Assembly (NCBI GenBank): GCA_028534125.1
Contig: CM052816.1
Span: forward strand, 84,446,001-84,510,000
DNA length: 64,000 bases
Reading direction: 5' to 3'
Source: Lama glama
Lineage: Eukaryota
Positions 27,561 through 40,255 of the stretch are shown here, piece by piece. The number at the start of each line of letters is the position of its first letter. The stretch's first letter is position 1. The position numbers were made by a program, and so were the translations under genes. Below the pieces are notes generated by a model that worked only from the letters and a program-made list of their open reading frames with translations, was not told the DNA's origin and did not search any database.

Positions 27561-27799
27561 CAATACATTATAACAATTAAAAGTCAGGAAATTCTTGTTC
27601 AGAATGAGCTTCTCATAGAATGGATCATTTCCATCTTTTAATATTTTCATTTCTTGAAAATCTCTTAATAAAACTTTCTAAGGATACAGCTACCTAATCA
27701 TCTAATATGGTATACTGAGTCATTTTCCCATTACACGTTTGAAAGGATTTCTTTGATAGTTCAGAACTTCAATATGGGAGCTAAGAAAGCTTGAAGACT
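27561..27799 (-). pseudogene. pseudo-exon (donor apparently GT>AT)
   Basis: ttcttacgtag|, 239 nt, phase 2-1, single frame: VFKLS*LPY*SSELSKKSFQTCNGKMTQYTILDD*VAVSLESFIKRFSRNENIKRWK... Followed by ataagt. Confidence 0.65.
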
Positions 27800-28094
27800 C
27801 TACGTAAGAAAAATATGGGACCATTATTTTAGAGTATATTTATAGCCTTTTTATTTATATTGTTGTTTACAGACACTTCATTTTAAGTGTTAGAAGAAGA
27901 ATATGGGACTATTTTATAAATTATATAAAATTATAGATATTAGAGCTGGAACCTTTCTCTTAGAGATTGTCTCAATCAGTGTCCTTAATTTAATGATGAG
28001 TAAAGCAAGATTCAAAGAGAGGAAGTGATTTTCATAAAGTCAAGTGAAGAGATCTGATCCTAATTGAATGAAATTTTCTAAAATGATACCTTAC

Positions 28095-28168
28095 TCAAGG
28101 GACTCGATGCTTCCTGGATTCTATAGTAACATTCAGTTCTCTGCATTCAATGTTTTAAAATAAATTCT
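28095..28168 (-). pseudogene. pseudo-exon
   Basis: ctgttacttttag| ... GA|gtaagg, 74 nt, phase 0-2: RIYFKTLNAEN*MLL*NPGSIESL(E). Confidence 0.7.
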
Positions 28169-28411
28169 CTAAAAGTAACAGAAATACGATCTTGATGCTG
28201 TATTAACATCAGACTCAGCCTTTATCTAACTTCTAATTACTACGCTAAATGTAAGAAAATTACATTTTAAGTTAATCATAATTTTTAAGGATTAGGTTTC
28301 ATCTAATAGATGAGTATTTTGGAACGTTGTTTATTCCTCTTTGATTAAGCCTGGAGCATTTTGAAATAGTAGAGAACAGCGTTCCCTTGGACATCCCAGT
28401 GCACACCTCAC

Positions 28412-28569
28412 CTAAAAGTTCCCAGTTTAATAAGCTGTCAGCAGTAAATCTATTTCACGCCATCTCTGGGACACCATTTTAATCGAACAAAAGGTTGCTG
28501 AATCCACAGGGAGGTTGCCATGACAATGCCTTCATAGAAAACCAATATAATGGAACACTAACAGTTAAC
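28412..28569 (-). pseudogene. pseudo-exon
   Basis: 86-nt intron, ctaatagttttcatag| ... TAG|gtgagg, 158 nt, phase 1-0: LLVFHYIGFL*RHCHGNLPVDSATFCSIKMVSQRWREIDLLLTAY*TGNF*. Confidence 0.7.
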
Positions 28570-28655
28570 CTATGAAAACTATTAGCCAACTTCCTTTAGC
28601 CACTGAGAAACAAGATTAAGCCCAAAGGATTCAGAAACATAAGCAGGTTAAATAC

Positions 28656-28910
28656 CTTCTTTAAAATTTTATTTGGATATATGTTCTTCATTGCATTTCA
28701 TTTGCCCTGATTTCAAACTATGCCCAACATCTAGCAGTTATATAAAAAATAGGTTTGTGGGGTTTTCTTTGGTAATTCTTCAATGCTCTTTGTCTTCGCT
28801 CTCAATTGACATTTTTTAAAAAGATAAATAATGTACCTGACTAAATTTGAATAATCTTATTATGTAGTAAGTGTTAAAGAAATGAACAGCAAAATACCTA
28901 GTTTCGGTTA
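28656..28910 (-). pseudogene. pseudo-exon
   Basis: 85-nt intron, ttattattag| ... AAG|gtattt, 255 nt, phase 1-1: TETRYFAVHFFNTYYIIRLFKFSQVHYLSF*KMSIESEDKEH*RITKENPTNLFFI*LLDVGHSLKSGQMKCNEEHISK*NFKE. Confidence 0.7.
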
Positions 28911-28995
28911 CTAATAATAAAAGATACTTAAATGATTGAAATAGTAGATTATGCCAATTTATATTACTTTGGATTATATATAGAAACACTCTTAC

Positions 28996-29214
28996 TTGAC
29001 AGTCATTCAAATAGATTTTGACAATCTTGAAACTAGTAGTGAAAAGGAACCTTCAGTTTCACTGTGTCACATGAAAAGATGAACAACAAAGCAAATACTC
29101 TTCATTTCGAAAAATTCTATTTAGAATTCAAGTGTATCTCCTTCTTGATATTACTAATTTTTGATTGATAGATACAAATATATTGATAAGAAATCTCTCT
29201 GCTTAGTTTCTCAT
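28996..29214 (-). pseudogene. pseudo-exon (acceptor apparently AG>AA)
   Basis: 219 nt, phase 1-1, single frame: EKLSREISYQYICIYQSKISNIKKEIHLNSK*NFSK*RVFALLFIFSCDTVKLKVPFHY*FQDCQNLFE*LS. Donor |gtaaga. Confidence 0.65.
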
Positions 29215-30734
29215 TTAAAGAATACATTTACCTCACCTTACTTATGTGTCAAGTTATATGTAACTACTATTAGGACATTTGCCATTAATTTTAAAAATTA
29301 AGTAAAATACTGGAGACATGACCTAAAATTATATCAAAATTATACTGGGTAATGAACTTCTGATTTAATTTCTATCCATTTTTATAGTTAGAACATATAT
29401 AGTTACATATTCTCTGTCATAAGACATAGATAGCATTTATTCCATGTTAAAATTTTAAATCTTTAAGAACAGAGTGACTCCACTGCAACTTTGTTCTCAA
29501 GTGTACTGACAAAAATAAATATATGATGAATATTTTAATTAGTGATTGAAGTAAATATGAATAATGTTATATATATTTTCCTGTGTTCTGGCTCACGAAA
29601 TTTTTCAAAATGTCCCCTTGATTTGTGTCACAATTTTCATATCTTGGAATAAGAATATATATAAAAGGTTGGCTAAATTTACTTAACTGCATTCCTGCAA
29701 ATTGTGTGATTTAGAGAGAGAGGTCTGCCCTATTCATTTTTAAATCCTTGATAGCGTGGTAGAATTCTGATCACAGTGATCATTAGATAAACGATGGATT
29801 TCATTGTTTAAACACACCTTAACCTGGGAGATGTGAAATAAAAGAAAACATACTTTACATTTTGACAAATATGCATTGAGGCAAATGTATACAGATTATA
29901 GATTATATATGGCATGTAGATTATCATATAAGATAAAAATTTAATTTTTTATTAATGAGTGTTTCTACCCCTTTAGGATGTTGAACACTTTTATGGAAGT
30001 GAGGTACCACATTTATCTATTGTCTGATTGGTTCACTCATCTGTCTATCTATGTGTCCATCTATCATCTGTTCCTGCTCTTTCCTTCCCTTCCTCCCTTG
30101 CTCCCTCCCATCCATCCTTCCATCTATCTAAACATCCAGCCAACCATCCACCCATCTCCAGGCATATTTCCTGGCCTGAATTCCATGCTAAATAAGCATT
30201 TTATGGACTGCAGAACCTATGAATGAATAAATGAATAAAGTATCAAACTAAATTAATATATTTTTTAAAATCTTAAGAATTTTCTTCCAAAAAGTGATAC
30301 CCTAAATATCTACTAGTACAGTTTTAAAATTGAAATATAAAATTCTGTAATGGCAAAAGCTTTCTTTAAAGACTGAAAGAAATTAGTATAGAAAAGAGTT
30401 TGTAAATATCTGCATGCATGTGTGTTTGTGAGTAAAAGGAGGGGGAGAGAGAAAAGAGAAAATCTGCACAAATGTATGTTTGGCATTTCCTATATTAAAT
30501 TAATTGAAACAAACAGTGGACATTTGTCACAAAGAATATACGATGATAATTAAATCATCTTTTAAAAGTCCTTTCACTAAACTTTTTCTCTACATTCTTT
30601 TATATATGAGTTGCCCTGCTTTGTAGCCAGTTATTAAACTTTTTTCCTTAAAAAATAAATTCTTTCTTTGATTTATGGAATTAATTTTTATATGTTCCTA
30701 TACTTTCAGATTAATCTTCAACATATTTCTGGAT

Positions 30735-30898
30735 TTTTTTTTAATATTTTTTATTGACTTATAATAATTTTACAATGTTGTGCCAAATTCCAATGTAGAG
30801 CACAATTTTTCAGTTATACTTGAACATATATATATTCATTGTCATATTTTTTTCTCTGTGAGCTATCATAAGATCTTGTATATATTTCCCTGTGCTAT
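30735..30898 (-). mobile_element. 5'-truncated young L1 3' end
   Basis: Reverse complement of the 3' end at 20020-20183. TSD atatttctggat at 30723-30734 and 30899-30910. Confidence 0.9.
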
Positions 30899-31242
30899 AT
30901 ATTTCTGGATGGTAAGTCTTTAATATTTTAAAATGAACAGAAGGATTGCAAGCAATCCTGAAGCATATCCAACATCTCGAGAGCAGGGACAGTACCATTT
31001 TCAACGTGGTATCATAAATACCTACCATACTGCTGGAAATTAGTAACTATTCAATGTATGACTTCTGAATGGACTAATATTAATCTATTGTCTTGTCCTA
31101 CACCTCAGTATCTTTTCTAGGAGTTAGTAATGCAGTAGGCATGGAAGTACTTGGAGCTTGTGAAACATAAGTTATTTTCTTTTCAGAGACCATTGTGGCT
31201 AGAATTTAAATAATTAAGTAGCTCAACAATAACACTTCTTAC

Positions 31243-31573
31243 CTTAAAAAAAAAAAAGGTATCAGAATTGGGAAATGGGGGATGAAGTAGTTATTGCATA
31301 CCCTGTAAATAAATCATCACAGATTGCAACACTCTGCAGGTAAATAAAAAGACCTGCTAGTTATAGCACCCCATATGTTAGCTTCTTTATTTAATGTGCT
31401 TAGAAAATATACACTATTTGGGCCTGCCTTACTAGTTGTATTTTTATATAATGCTCTTAGGGAATCGATATTTTTAGATATAATCATAAATTGATCAGCG
31501 CTGATGGAAATATAACCATCCATTGCTTAGGCAAACTTTCGCATGTACTACGTTGGGGTAATGAATCCAACTG
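31243..31573 (-). pseudogene. pseudo-exon
   Basis: aaaacag|C AGT TGG gives SWIHYPNVVHAKVCLSNGWLYFHQR. Overlaps the 68-aa ORF 31317-31523 in another frame. Consensus donor AAG|gtaaga. Confidence 0.55.
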
Positions 31574-32817
31574 CTGTTTTATAAGACAAATGCAATTAGA
31601 CTAAAAATTTTTAATAAAAATGGAATTTCTCTGGAAAAAAAAGAAAAAGTGTTTCCAACAGTAAAGATTAAAGAGCATTTAAAATAACACTAACTGGGGA
31701 GTCACTTTTTAGAGACCTTTGTCTGGACTTAACAAACTGACTTATCTCTGTTTTAGAAGAGTTCCCAGGCCAAGTCAAGAAAGTTATCTAATTACTACAC
31801 ACACAAGAGAAGTTTAGACAGGCTTTTAGTCTTTGTTTTCTCCCACAAGCCAGCGGGAACAAAGTGCAGGTCATCGACCCTATAGGCCTCGTTCTACCCT
31901 ATCACTTATATTTGTATGAAATAAAATAAACAAAATTTTCAAAATAAAAAAGTCTGCTGAGCTTTGCTCAAGATTAGGTTTAATGGAAGAGGAAAGGGTA
32001 GAAAGAAGGAACTGGAGCCAGCTATATGATGGCAGTGTGCCAAAGCAAAACCAAAAATGTCTTTCTCTTTGCTTGCTGATCTTACGCTGGTTGAACAGGC
32101 TAAGAATAAAATGGAGGTTGCAAGCTTTTAATTTCCTTCCAATTAATAGTTATCAAGCACAGTGATATTTTCCCCCTATAACTACAATACTCCTCTCATG
32201 TTACTTTTGTCCAAATTGCAATGAGGAAAACTCAGATTCATGAAGAGAACTTAGAACTTGGTAAGTCCTTTGGCTCTGATTTTTTCTTTTCAGAGAAGTC
32301 TGAAACAACTCAGAAAATAAATTACTCCTTTGACTTTTGAAGGCACTAAGACATCAAATTTTACAAGTTCACCGGATAATGTATTTTAGGATTACACCAT
32401 GGACATCATGAAGAAAGTAATTTGGGCAGCCAAAAAAAAGTTCTGTTTTATTAAAATATATTTTATCCCTTTACTGGTCACATGCACTAGTTAATATTCT
32501 CTTGTAAACTGTTAAATGTACACTAAGTCAAGTATAATTTTATCTTCAAATTTAAATATATGGTTTTGCCATTATTTTTGGTTCATGGGACTTACTTAGC
32601 AACAACAGATGATACAGTAGGTGCAAATGATTTGATCCTAAAATTATCATTTCTTAACTGAATGATAACAGTTTAATTAATATCTCTGAGTAAAATGAAG
32701 TTTAATATCTATTTCTACTGTGCAGGGCTGTTGTAACAATTATATGAAATTGCATACTCACATGGGTAGTCTGATATTTCATGTGTTCAATATGTTATTT
32801 CTCTGTTTTCACCTTAC

Positions 32818-32909
32818 TCCAGCTTATCTGTTAATGTCTAATGGAATCAACATGCTAAAATCTGTAGTCAAAAATCATTTACTTAATTATTTGGATATTT
32901 AAGAGGTTT
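32818..32909 (-). pseudogene. pseudo-exon
   Basis: tatttaaacag| ... GGA|gtaagg, 92 nt. Ends ...LQILAC*FH*TLTDKL(D) in phase 2, matching the next exon. Confidence 0.55.
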
Positions 32910-32995
32910 CTGTTTAAATAATTAAACAATAATTAGTAAGCTTCTCATTGTCTCTTATATGAAAATGTAGTGACCTTTATATATGTAGCTGACAC

Positions 32996-33114
32996 CTAAC
33001 AAATCATCTCATTGCATTTTGGATTCCTTTATTTTCATCAGCTGTGTGGAACTTATTCTCCAAAATCCCACAATCAGATCAACAAAGAAAGCTTAGAATA
33101 TTTGATATACCTCT
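32996..33114 (-). pseudogene. candidate pseudo-exon
   Basis: Phase 0 start: RGISNILSFLC*SDCGILENKFHTADENKGIQNAMR*FV. Donor (gtgtca) is weak. Confidence 0.4.
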
Positions 33115-34029
33115 CTAACATTCAAAGTTTAATGTCTGTTCTACTCAGAATGACAGAAGATGTTATTTAAGTTAGTACAGTTCAGTGTAGTGATTCTTCC
33201 TACCTAAATGTAATGGTATTATTTTACATATTTATTTTAAGTTGTGTTTAGTTTTACTTATTCCACTTCCCAGTGTTGCCCCTCCAAGTTAGCATTTTGG
33301 CATGCTTTGACTCAGTCCTGTGCAAATGATGATTGTGAAGGGTTAATGTATACATGGAATATGGTAGGCTAAGAGGTGGAAGCAACTAGATTTGAAGAAA
33401 TTGAAAATTACAAGCTCCTGTTAGATAATGTAATTACAGTGTTTCAAATGCAGAGACCCTCTATAATTATTCTGACATTTACCAAGATTTTTTTGGAGGA
33501 GAAAGGATAAGATCTTAAGAAATGTAATTTTAAATTTTCAGAAAATTATTTTAGAAACAATGTGTTAGAAAGTGTAGTCCCATGGTGACCCCTTGGTAGA
33601 GTTTCAAGTAACCAGACACTCTTTTCATACTAAGCTCTCTGGATGCCTATTTCTTTGTTTCAGGAGGAAATATCAGATATACTACACTTGAGAGTTTTAA
33701 TGGACTCAATTATAATTAAGTGGATGAGTGTATGAATTACTGAATTAAGAGTAAATCCTTATAAGCACTACATCTATATACCTCTTGGTTGGGTTTTCCT
33801 TTCTCAACTTCACTGTCATCTCTGTGTTGAGATGATATGAACTCACAGGTTTGTGAATACTGAATGATACTATGTATGAAAAAGAACAGTGTCATATATT
33901 CACTCTTACATTCACTCCTTAAACAAAAATTTATTAACTACTGCATGCAAATCATTGTTCTGTGTGCTTGTAATATCTTCATGAACAAATTGAGCTTACA
34001 AGCTTTCGTGACAATGATGATGGTGACAA

Positions 34030-34305
34030 TGATGATAGTGATGATGATTATAAAAATAGGTAACAATTTCATAATTGCCAAGTAATGTCACATATGTGCC
34101 AAGTAATCTCAAAAGATTTTTAATATATAATTTAGTGTTTCCATAAAAACTAAAAGATACGTATTTTGATTTGTCTCTACTCTATAAATGAAGAATTTAA
34201 ATATAGTGAGGTTAAAGAAATTTCTTAAGGTTATGGAGCTAGTAAGTGACAGAAGTGAGATCAAAGCCTGGGAGTGTGACTCCAGGACCTGTTCTTAACC
34301 ATAAC
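34030..34305 (-). mobile_element. MIR SINE
   Basis: tataaatgaagaa...gaggttaaag...gagctagtaagtgacagaagtgagatcaaagcctggg. Confidence 0.65.
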
Positions 34306-35097
34306 AATGTACGGCCACTGAATTATACTAAGTAACTAGCAGCTGATCCTCCCAGTCTGTTATCTGAAGAACTTAAACATCAGTCTAATGCTACAGTGGG
34401 TGGGGTGTCAGGCTTGACTTGTATACAGCCGAAGGACAGAAAAATTTAGACAAAAGAATTAAATTTTCAGCATGAATATTAAATCTTTTAGGATTAATAA
34501 ATATAGAATGCATTTGATCCAAGGTGTTTGTATAATGTAACTTGTAGAAGAGAAATCTGACCACCCTAAAGTCTAATTAATCTTCCACAGCCACAGGGCT
34601 AATGTAGGGCTTGGGCTAGGATACCTGGGAACAAATAAAGGGTCAGTGTTTTGCACACTTTTCTGCCTTTATTATTATTTTCATTAAACTATAATTTATA
34701 AATGAATAGTTTATTTAAATTAATGAACGCAAACATATACACAAAAAGGGATATTCATTTTGTGACTTAGGTATAATGCAAATCCAAAGTTTTTAGTTCA
34801 CAATTGGCATTTGTCTTTGATGCTAATTGAACTGTGACCTTGTTGGAAGTAACTCTACAAATATTATTATATGCAAACTATATACAACATCTATTCTAAA
34901 AACTGGTGGTAGAATAGCAAAGAAGTTGGAAAAGTAATTATTGAACCAACAATACCCATGTTAAGATTGCTTTAACCATGTGACCAAAACTGAAATAAAC
35001 CTAACAATATCCTATATTAATAGTATAACTATTTTGAAAAAAATCATGTCTCTTCTAGACTATGCTATTATTATTAATTAGCTTTTTCTATACTTAC

Positions 35098-35161
35098 AGG
35101 CCATTTGCTTACTAAATATATAAATCTATAATCTGATTCATCATTTATGTATTAGTTATCT
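35098..35161 (-). pseudogene. pseudo-exon
   Basis: tactag| ... CCT|gtaagt, 64 nt, phase 2-0, matching both neighbours: DN*YINDESDYRFIYLVSKWP. Confidence 0.5.
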
Positions 35162-36668
35162 CTAGTACCCAAAAATACTGTGCTATACAAGTAAGTATGC
35201 TTAAAGTGGATTCTTGTTCAATTAAAACCTGATGCATAATATGAACACATTTTCAAGTAAAACTTAAATGGAGGTAAAATACACATTTTTATTTCTAATC
35301 ATGTGTACATTTTCCCTCAGTCTGAGAATTACATTTTAATACATTATGCTAAGGAAAAATGAGCAAAACATGTTTCTTTTCAAGATAATTTATAATGTCA
35401 AGTCATGCATGAGAGTAATGAGATTAACAATAGAAAGTATAGATTTATTCATTCTCTGGATGATAAATCATGACAAGCCATTAAAGTCATTTAATTCTGA
35501 TGCAGTAAAACCATGCGCTGGCTGAGAGAATGGATGATACTATTTAGAATAGTTCATGTCTAGCTGATGAGTTAAAATTAAGTCAGAGTTGTTAGTAGTG
35601 TTCTAAAATTGTTTTACATTAATAGAATTCTGGCAACTTTGAATGGAATGTAAATCATATAAGAATTAAATGTTCCCTCTGATGATTCCAATAACTCACA
35701 TGAAAAGAACATTCTGAGCTGGTATCTCTTACAATTTATGACTCATGCTGATTGAGCTCATTCTTCCATGAAACACATCTCTAGCCCCAATAATTAAGTT
35801 AAAATATAATCATAAGCATTAAAGACATGAACTTTATTTCTCTTTAAACATACAAATTGTGTGTGTGCTATTATCTCTTGGTAAACCATTATTTTGATTA
35901 TTTTGTATAATTTTAATTTTATAATTATTATTTTCAAGTTAATAAACACATGGCTCAGAGTTCAAAGTTTTGAAGGGATTTTTTTGTTTGCCTCTGTCTT
36001 TCACACACCAAATTAATTCTTCTGGAATTGCCCAGTGTTATGAGTTTATCGGGTGGCTTTTCAAAGATACTTCACTTACATAAAGTATATATATTTGCTT
36101 ATATATTAATTTCCCCACTGTTCTTTCCACACAAATTCTAACATCATATGCATACTGTCTTAAAACTTCATTTTGTTTTATTTAGTGTTTATTTAGCAAA
36201 TCTTGGAAACCATTGCATGCAGTCCATAAAGAATTCCTTGTTAAATGAAAAAAATCATCTATTTAATATAAGAAAACACTTATCAAGGTTTTTCAAAGTG
36301 AGATATAGCAAAATATGTATGCTTTTCAATTAATGTATTAAAATGAGATTTAGAAATGTGTCTAATTATTATCATGATTTTGAAGTGAATTAGTTTAAGC
36401 AGAATTTTGTGCTAGGTATGAAAGTGTAAAGCAATAGGGAAATAGTAGAAAAATTTCTACTGTCAATCTTAATCATGGCTACTGCTGAAGTACTGCGGTT
36501 TGTAGGCTGTGAACATAATTTATATAAATGCTCAATTTTGTAGCTTAATGTGAATAAAGCTTTTGTTTGCTTTGATTTGTTTATAATTCAAGATCTTAGA
36601 CAACTGAATGTTTTTCATGGTTCTGTAGACTTATAACGCTCCCTTGTTTACAAGAATGCTGAGTCTGT

Positions 36669-37096
36669 ATTTTTTTTTTTAACTGAAGTACAGTCAGTTA
36701 CAATGTCTCAATTTCTGGTGTACAGCACAATGTCTCAGTCATACATATACATACGTATATTCGTTTTTGTATTTTTTTCATTAAAGGTTATTAGAAGATA
36801 TTGAATATAGTTCCCTGTGCTATGCAGAAGAAATTTGCTTTTTTCAATCTATTTTTATATATAGTGGCTAACATTTGCAAATCTTAAATTCCCACGTTTA
36901 TCCCTTCCTACCCTCTTTCCCCAGTAACCATAAGATTGTTTACTATGTCTGCAAGTCTGTTTCTATTTTGTAGATGAGTTCATTAGTGTCCTCTTTTTTT
37001 CTTTTTTTTAGATTCCACATATGAGTAATATCATATGGTATTTTTCTTTTTTTTTCTGGTTTACTTCACTTAGAATGACTATCTCTAGGTCCATTC
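36669..37096 (-). mobile_element. 5'-truncated L1 3' end
   Basis: Poly(T) then aactgaagtacagtcagttacaatg...ttagattccacatatgagt...ttacttcacttagaatg. Confidence 0.85.
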
Positions 37097-37553
37097 AGTA
37101 TTTTGTTTTTAAATTTGTCATTTTAGAAAGTATACATATTGACATCAACACTTTGAAAAATACCAATTACTTTTTTATAATTATTTGACTTTTATGTATC
37201 AAAGTGAATGACTTGAAAAAATTCTGCACATATTAATCTGTATAAAGACAATTATACTAACTTCACCTTCTGATAGTTACTTTCCATTGAATAAATAACA
37301 CAAAAGAGTCCTTAAAAGTCTTTAATGAATAATAAAACAACAATGTGGGATTAAGATTATATAGATCAATAGCTATGCCATAACCATAAATTAGAAGATT
37401 TGTTACCATTGTTAGCCATCTTATTTCAGCAGCATTTATCAGAATAAAAAATACTGTCTTTTGGAAAATCCATTAGTTGAAATTGTGTACATCTGTATAA
37501 GATTTGCTAAAAGTTATTACAAATAATAATGTTAAAGTAACAAAGAGAATTAC

Positions 37554-37614
37554 CTGGAATAATTTAGTATTTTAACCATCATTGTACAGCTATAAATTTA
37601 ATCTTTATAATACA
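37554..37614 (-). pseudogene. pseudo-exon
   Basis: ctcttatttcag| ... CAG|gtaatt, 61 nt, phase 1-2: YYKD*IYSCTMMVKILNYSR. Confidence 0.6.
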
Positions 37615-37974
37615 CTGAAATAAGAGCTCATTCAAAAATTTAATTTGCTTATACTGGTATATATTAATAAGAGAGATCTTCATCACACTATTGGGATGTA
37701 TTCAGATTTACTGAAGTGCAAATTTGTTAGAAGATAATTAAGTTATCAAATATTCTCTAATGAAGACTGATAACATGTTTTTCAAGTTAAAACTAAGAAA
37801 AAGAAAATGTTTTCCTGATAAGTTAAAAGGAAATTCTCTCTTAGCTCTTAGGTATTTACTCAAATGTCCCCTTCTTAGTGGAGATCTGTTGACCAGCAGT
37901 TTTAACATTGCAACCCTATGCTAGTCTTTCCCTACTTTTTTTTCCCTCTGTGCTCTTATTCCTGTGTAGGATTT

Positions 37975-38115
37975 TATACCTTTTCCCCTTCCTTCCTACA
38001 TTCCTTCTTTTCTTCCTTCCTCTCTTTCTCTCCTTCTTCCCTCCTTCATTTCTTCCCTCCTTTCTCTCCTTCTCTCTTTCTTTTTTTTTCTTCTTTCCTT
38101 CCTCTCTGTCCTTCC
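37975..38115. repeat. pyrimidine-rich low-complexity repeat (TTCC/TC)
   Basis: Visible in sequence. Confidence 0.9.
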
Positions 38116-38831
38116 AACCTATGGAGGCAAACTCCATTGGGGAAAGCCTTATTTTCCTTCTTGCAGTTAAGGGTCTATAACCTACCTGAAATGGAGCAGA
38201 CACTCAATAAACATATACTGATAGAATCTAATTAGTGTCAACAACGGCACTAGTTTGTCCAAACCTCACGAGCTTCCCTCCTGAGGTAGTCTCAGCCTGG
38301 CTATCTCCAGTAATGCTAACAGACTTTGAGTTAACTATGCTCCAAGTAATGGTGCTCACACTGTAGTGTCTAAACTCCTTCTGTGCCATTTATTTAGAGT
38401 ACAGGTCCACTGACACTCTCCCAGAAGTTCTGACTCAAGATATTTGCATTATCTTCATGGACTACTCTAAGGGGCTTAATGTTAATTAAAAAATTCTGAG
38501 CTGTGGAGCCTAGATGGCTTTCAAAGAGCTGGAAAAGCAACCTCTCCAAATTTGGTTTATGGTCTGAAATCCACAGCTATGCTAATTTCTGGCACTTGCT
38601 CTAGCTAACATGTCAAAATTGGATGGATCTTTCATTTCTTCCAGCAAAGGGAAGTGGGGATCAATAGCAAACAAATCACAAAGGTCCATGGAGTTGGAAG
38701 TATCAAACTATTTTGGCTCCAGACCAATGGTTCTCATGGATGGAAGCATACTAGGATCACTTCCAACTCCAGATACCTCATGCTTCAATACTTGAAGTTT
38801 CGTTCAATTATCAATAGTGTTTAAAACACTA

Positions 38832-39669
38832 GTTAGAACCAGAACAAAAAAATCCTAAAATTTATAGGTAACCACAAAAAGTCCTGAATTGCCAAAGGAA
38901 TCTTAGAGAAAAAAGAAAAAAGCTGGCGGTATCATGTTCCCTGACTTCAGACTATACTACAAAGATACAGTAATCAAAACAGCACAGTACTGGCACAAAA
39001 ACAAAAACACAGATCAATGGAGCAGAATAGAGAGCCCAGAAATAAACCTATGCACTTATAGTTAATTAATCTGTGAAAAAGAATGCAAGAATATGCAATT
39101 GAGAAAAAACAATCTCTTCAATAAGTGGTGCTGGAAAACTGGACAGCTACATGTAAAAGAATGAAATTAGAACATTTTCTCACACCATACACAAAAATGA
39201 ACTCAAAATGGATTAAAGATCTAAATGTAAAACCAGAAACCATAAAAATCCTAGAAGAAAACATAGGCAGAACATTCTTTGACTTAATTTGTAGCAACAT
39301 GTTTTGGATCTGTCTCCTAAGGCAAAAGAAATAAAAGCAAAAATAAATGGTAACTAATTAAACTTAAAAGCTTATGCTCAGCAAAGGAAACCACCAACAA
39401 AACAGAAGGACAACCTACTAAATGGGAGAAAATATTTGGAAATGGTATGACCAATAAGGGGTTAATATACAAAATGTACAAACAGCTCATACAACTCAAT
39501 ATCAAAAAAAGCAAACAATCTGATTTTAAAATGGGCAGAAGACCTAAAGAGACTTTTTTCCAAAGACAATATACAGATGACCAACAGGCACATGACAGAA
39601 TGCTCAACAGCACTAATCACTAGAGAAATGTAAATCTAAATCACAATACACACACACACACACATACAC

Positions 39670-39702
<33 letters not shown>

Positions 39703-40190
39703 AAGAGAGACAGAGAGAGAGAAACAGAGAGAGAGAGAGGAGAGAGAGGAATGTTACTCAGCCATAAAAAAGAATGAAATTCTACCACTTGCAACAATAT
39801 GGAAGGACCTAGAGAGTATTATGCTTGGTGAATTAAGTCAGAGAAAGACAAATACTCTATGTCATCACTTGTATGTCAAATCTAAAAATATAAAACAAAC
39901 AGATGTATATAACAAGACAGAAACATAGTCACAGGTATAAAGAACAAACTAGTGGTTACCAGTGGAGAGAGAGAAGTGGGGAGATGGTGAAATAAGGTTA
40001 AGCAATTAAGAGACACAAACTACTGTGTATAAAATAAATAACAAGGATATATTGTACAACACAGGGAAACATAGCCATGATTTGTAGTAACTTTTAATGG
40101 AGTTAAATCCATGAAAAGATTGAATCACTATGTATATCTGAAACTAATATAATATTATAAATTAACTGTGCTTCAATTGAAAAAATAAAT
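38832..40190 (+). mobile_element. L1 ORF2 3' part plus 3'UTR, inserted in a MER5-like element, with an internal (CA)n(GA)n microsatellite
   Basis: ORF2 peptide [45 protein letters not shown]. Flanks ccaatggttctca.. and ..gggagccattg are MER5-like termini. Confidence 0.85.
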
Positions 40191-40255
40191 GACGTATATC
40201 TGAAACTAATATAATATTATAAATTAACTGTGCTTCAATTGAAAAAATAAATGAC
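40132..40255. repeat. perfect 62-bp tandem duplication
   Basis: gtatatctgaaactaatataatattataaattaactgtgcttcaattgaaaaaataaatgac x2. Confidence 0.95.

Noticed and set aside
28514..28527. RFX X-box-like GTTGCCATGACAAT near an AAAATGG start context, suggesting a promoter or first exon
   Set aside because: It falls inside an internal pseudo-exon (encoding CHGN) that has a good acceptor and phase-matched upstream exons. Probably coincidental.
31105..31242. Extra exon reading VRSVIVELLNYLNSSHNGL
   Set aside because: It would need a 59-nt intron and a weak donor. AAG|gtaaga at 31243 is better read as the donor of the preceding exon.
37908..38235. Hydrophobic or charged ORFs
   Set aside because: Translations of low-complexity pyrimidine repeats.
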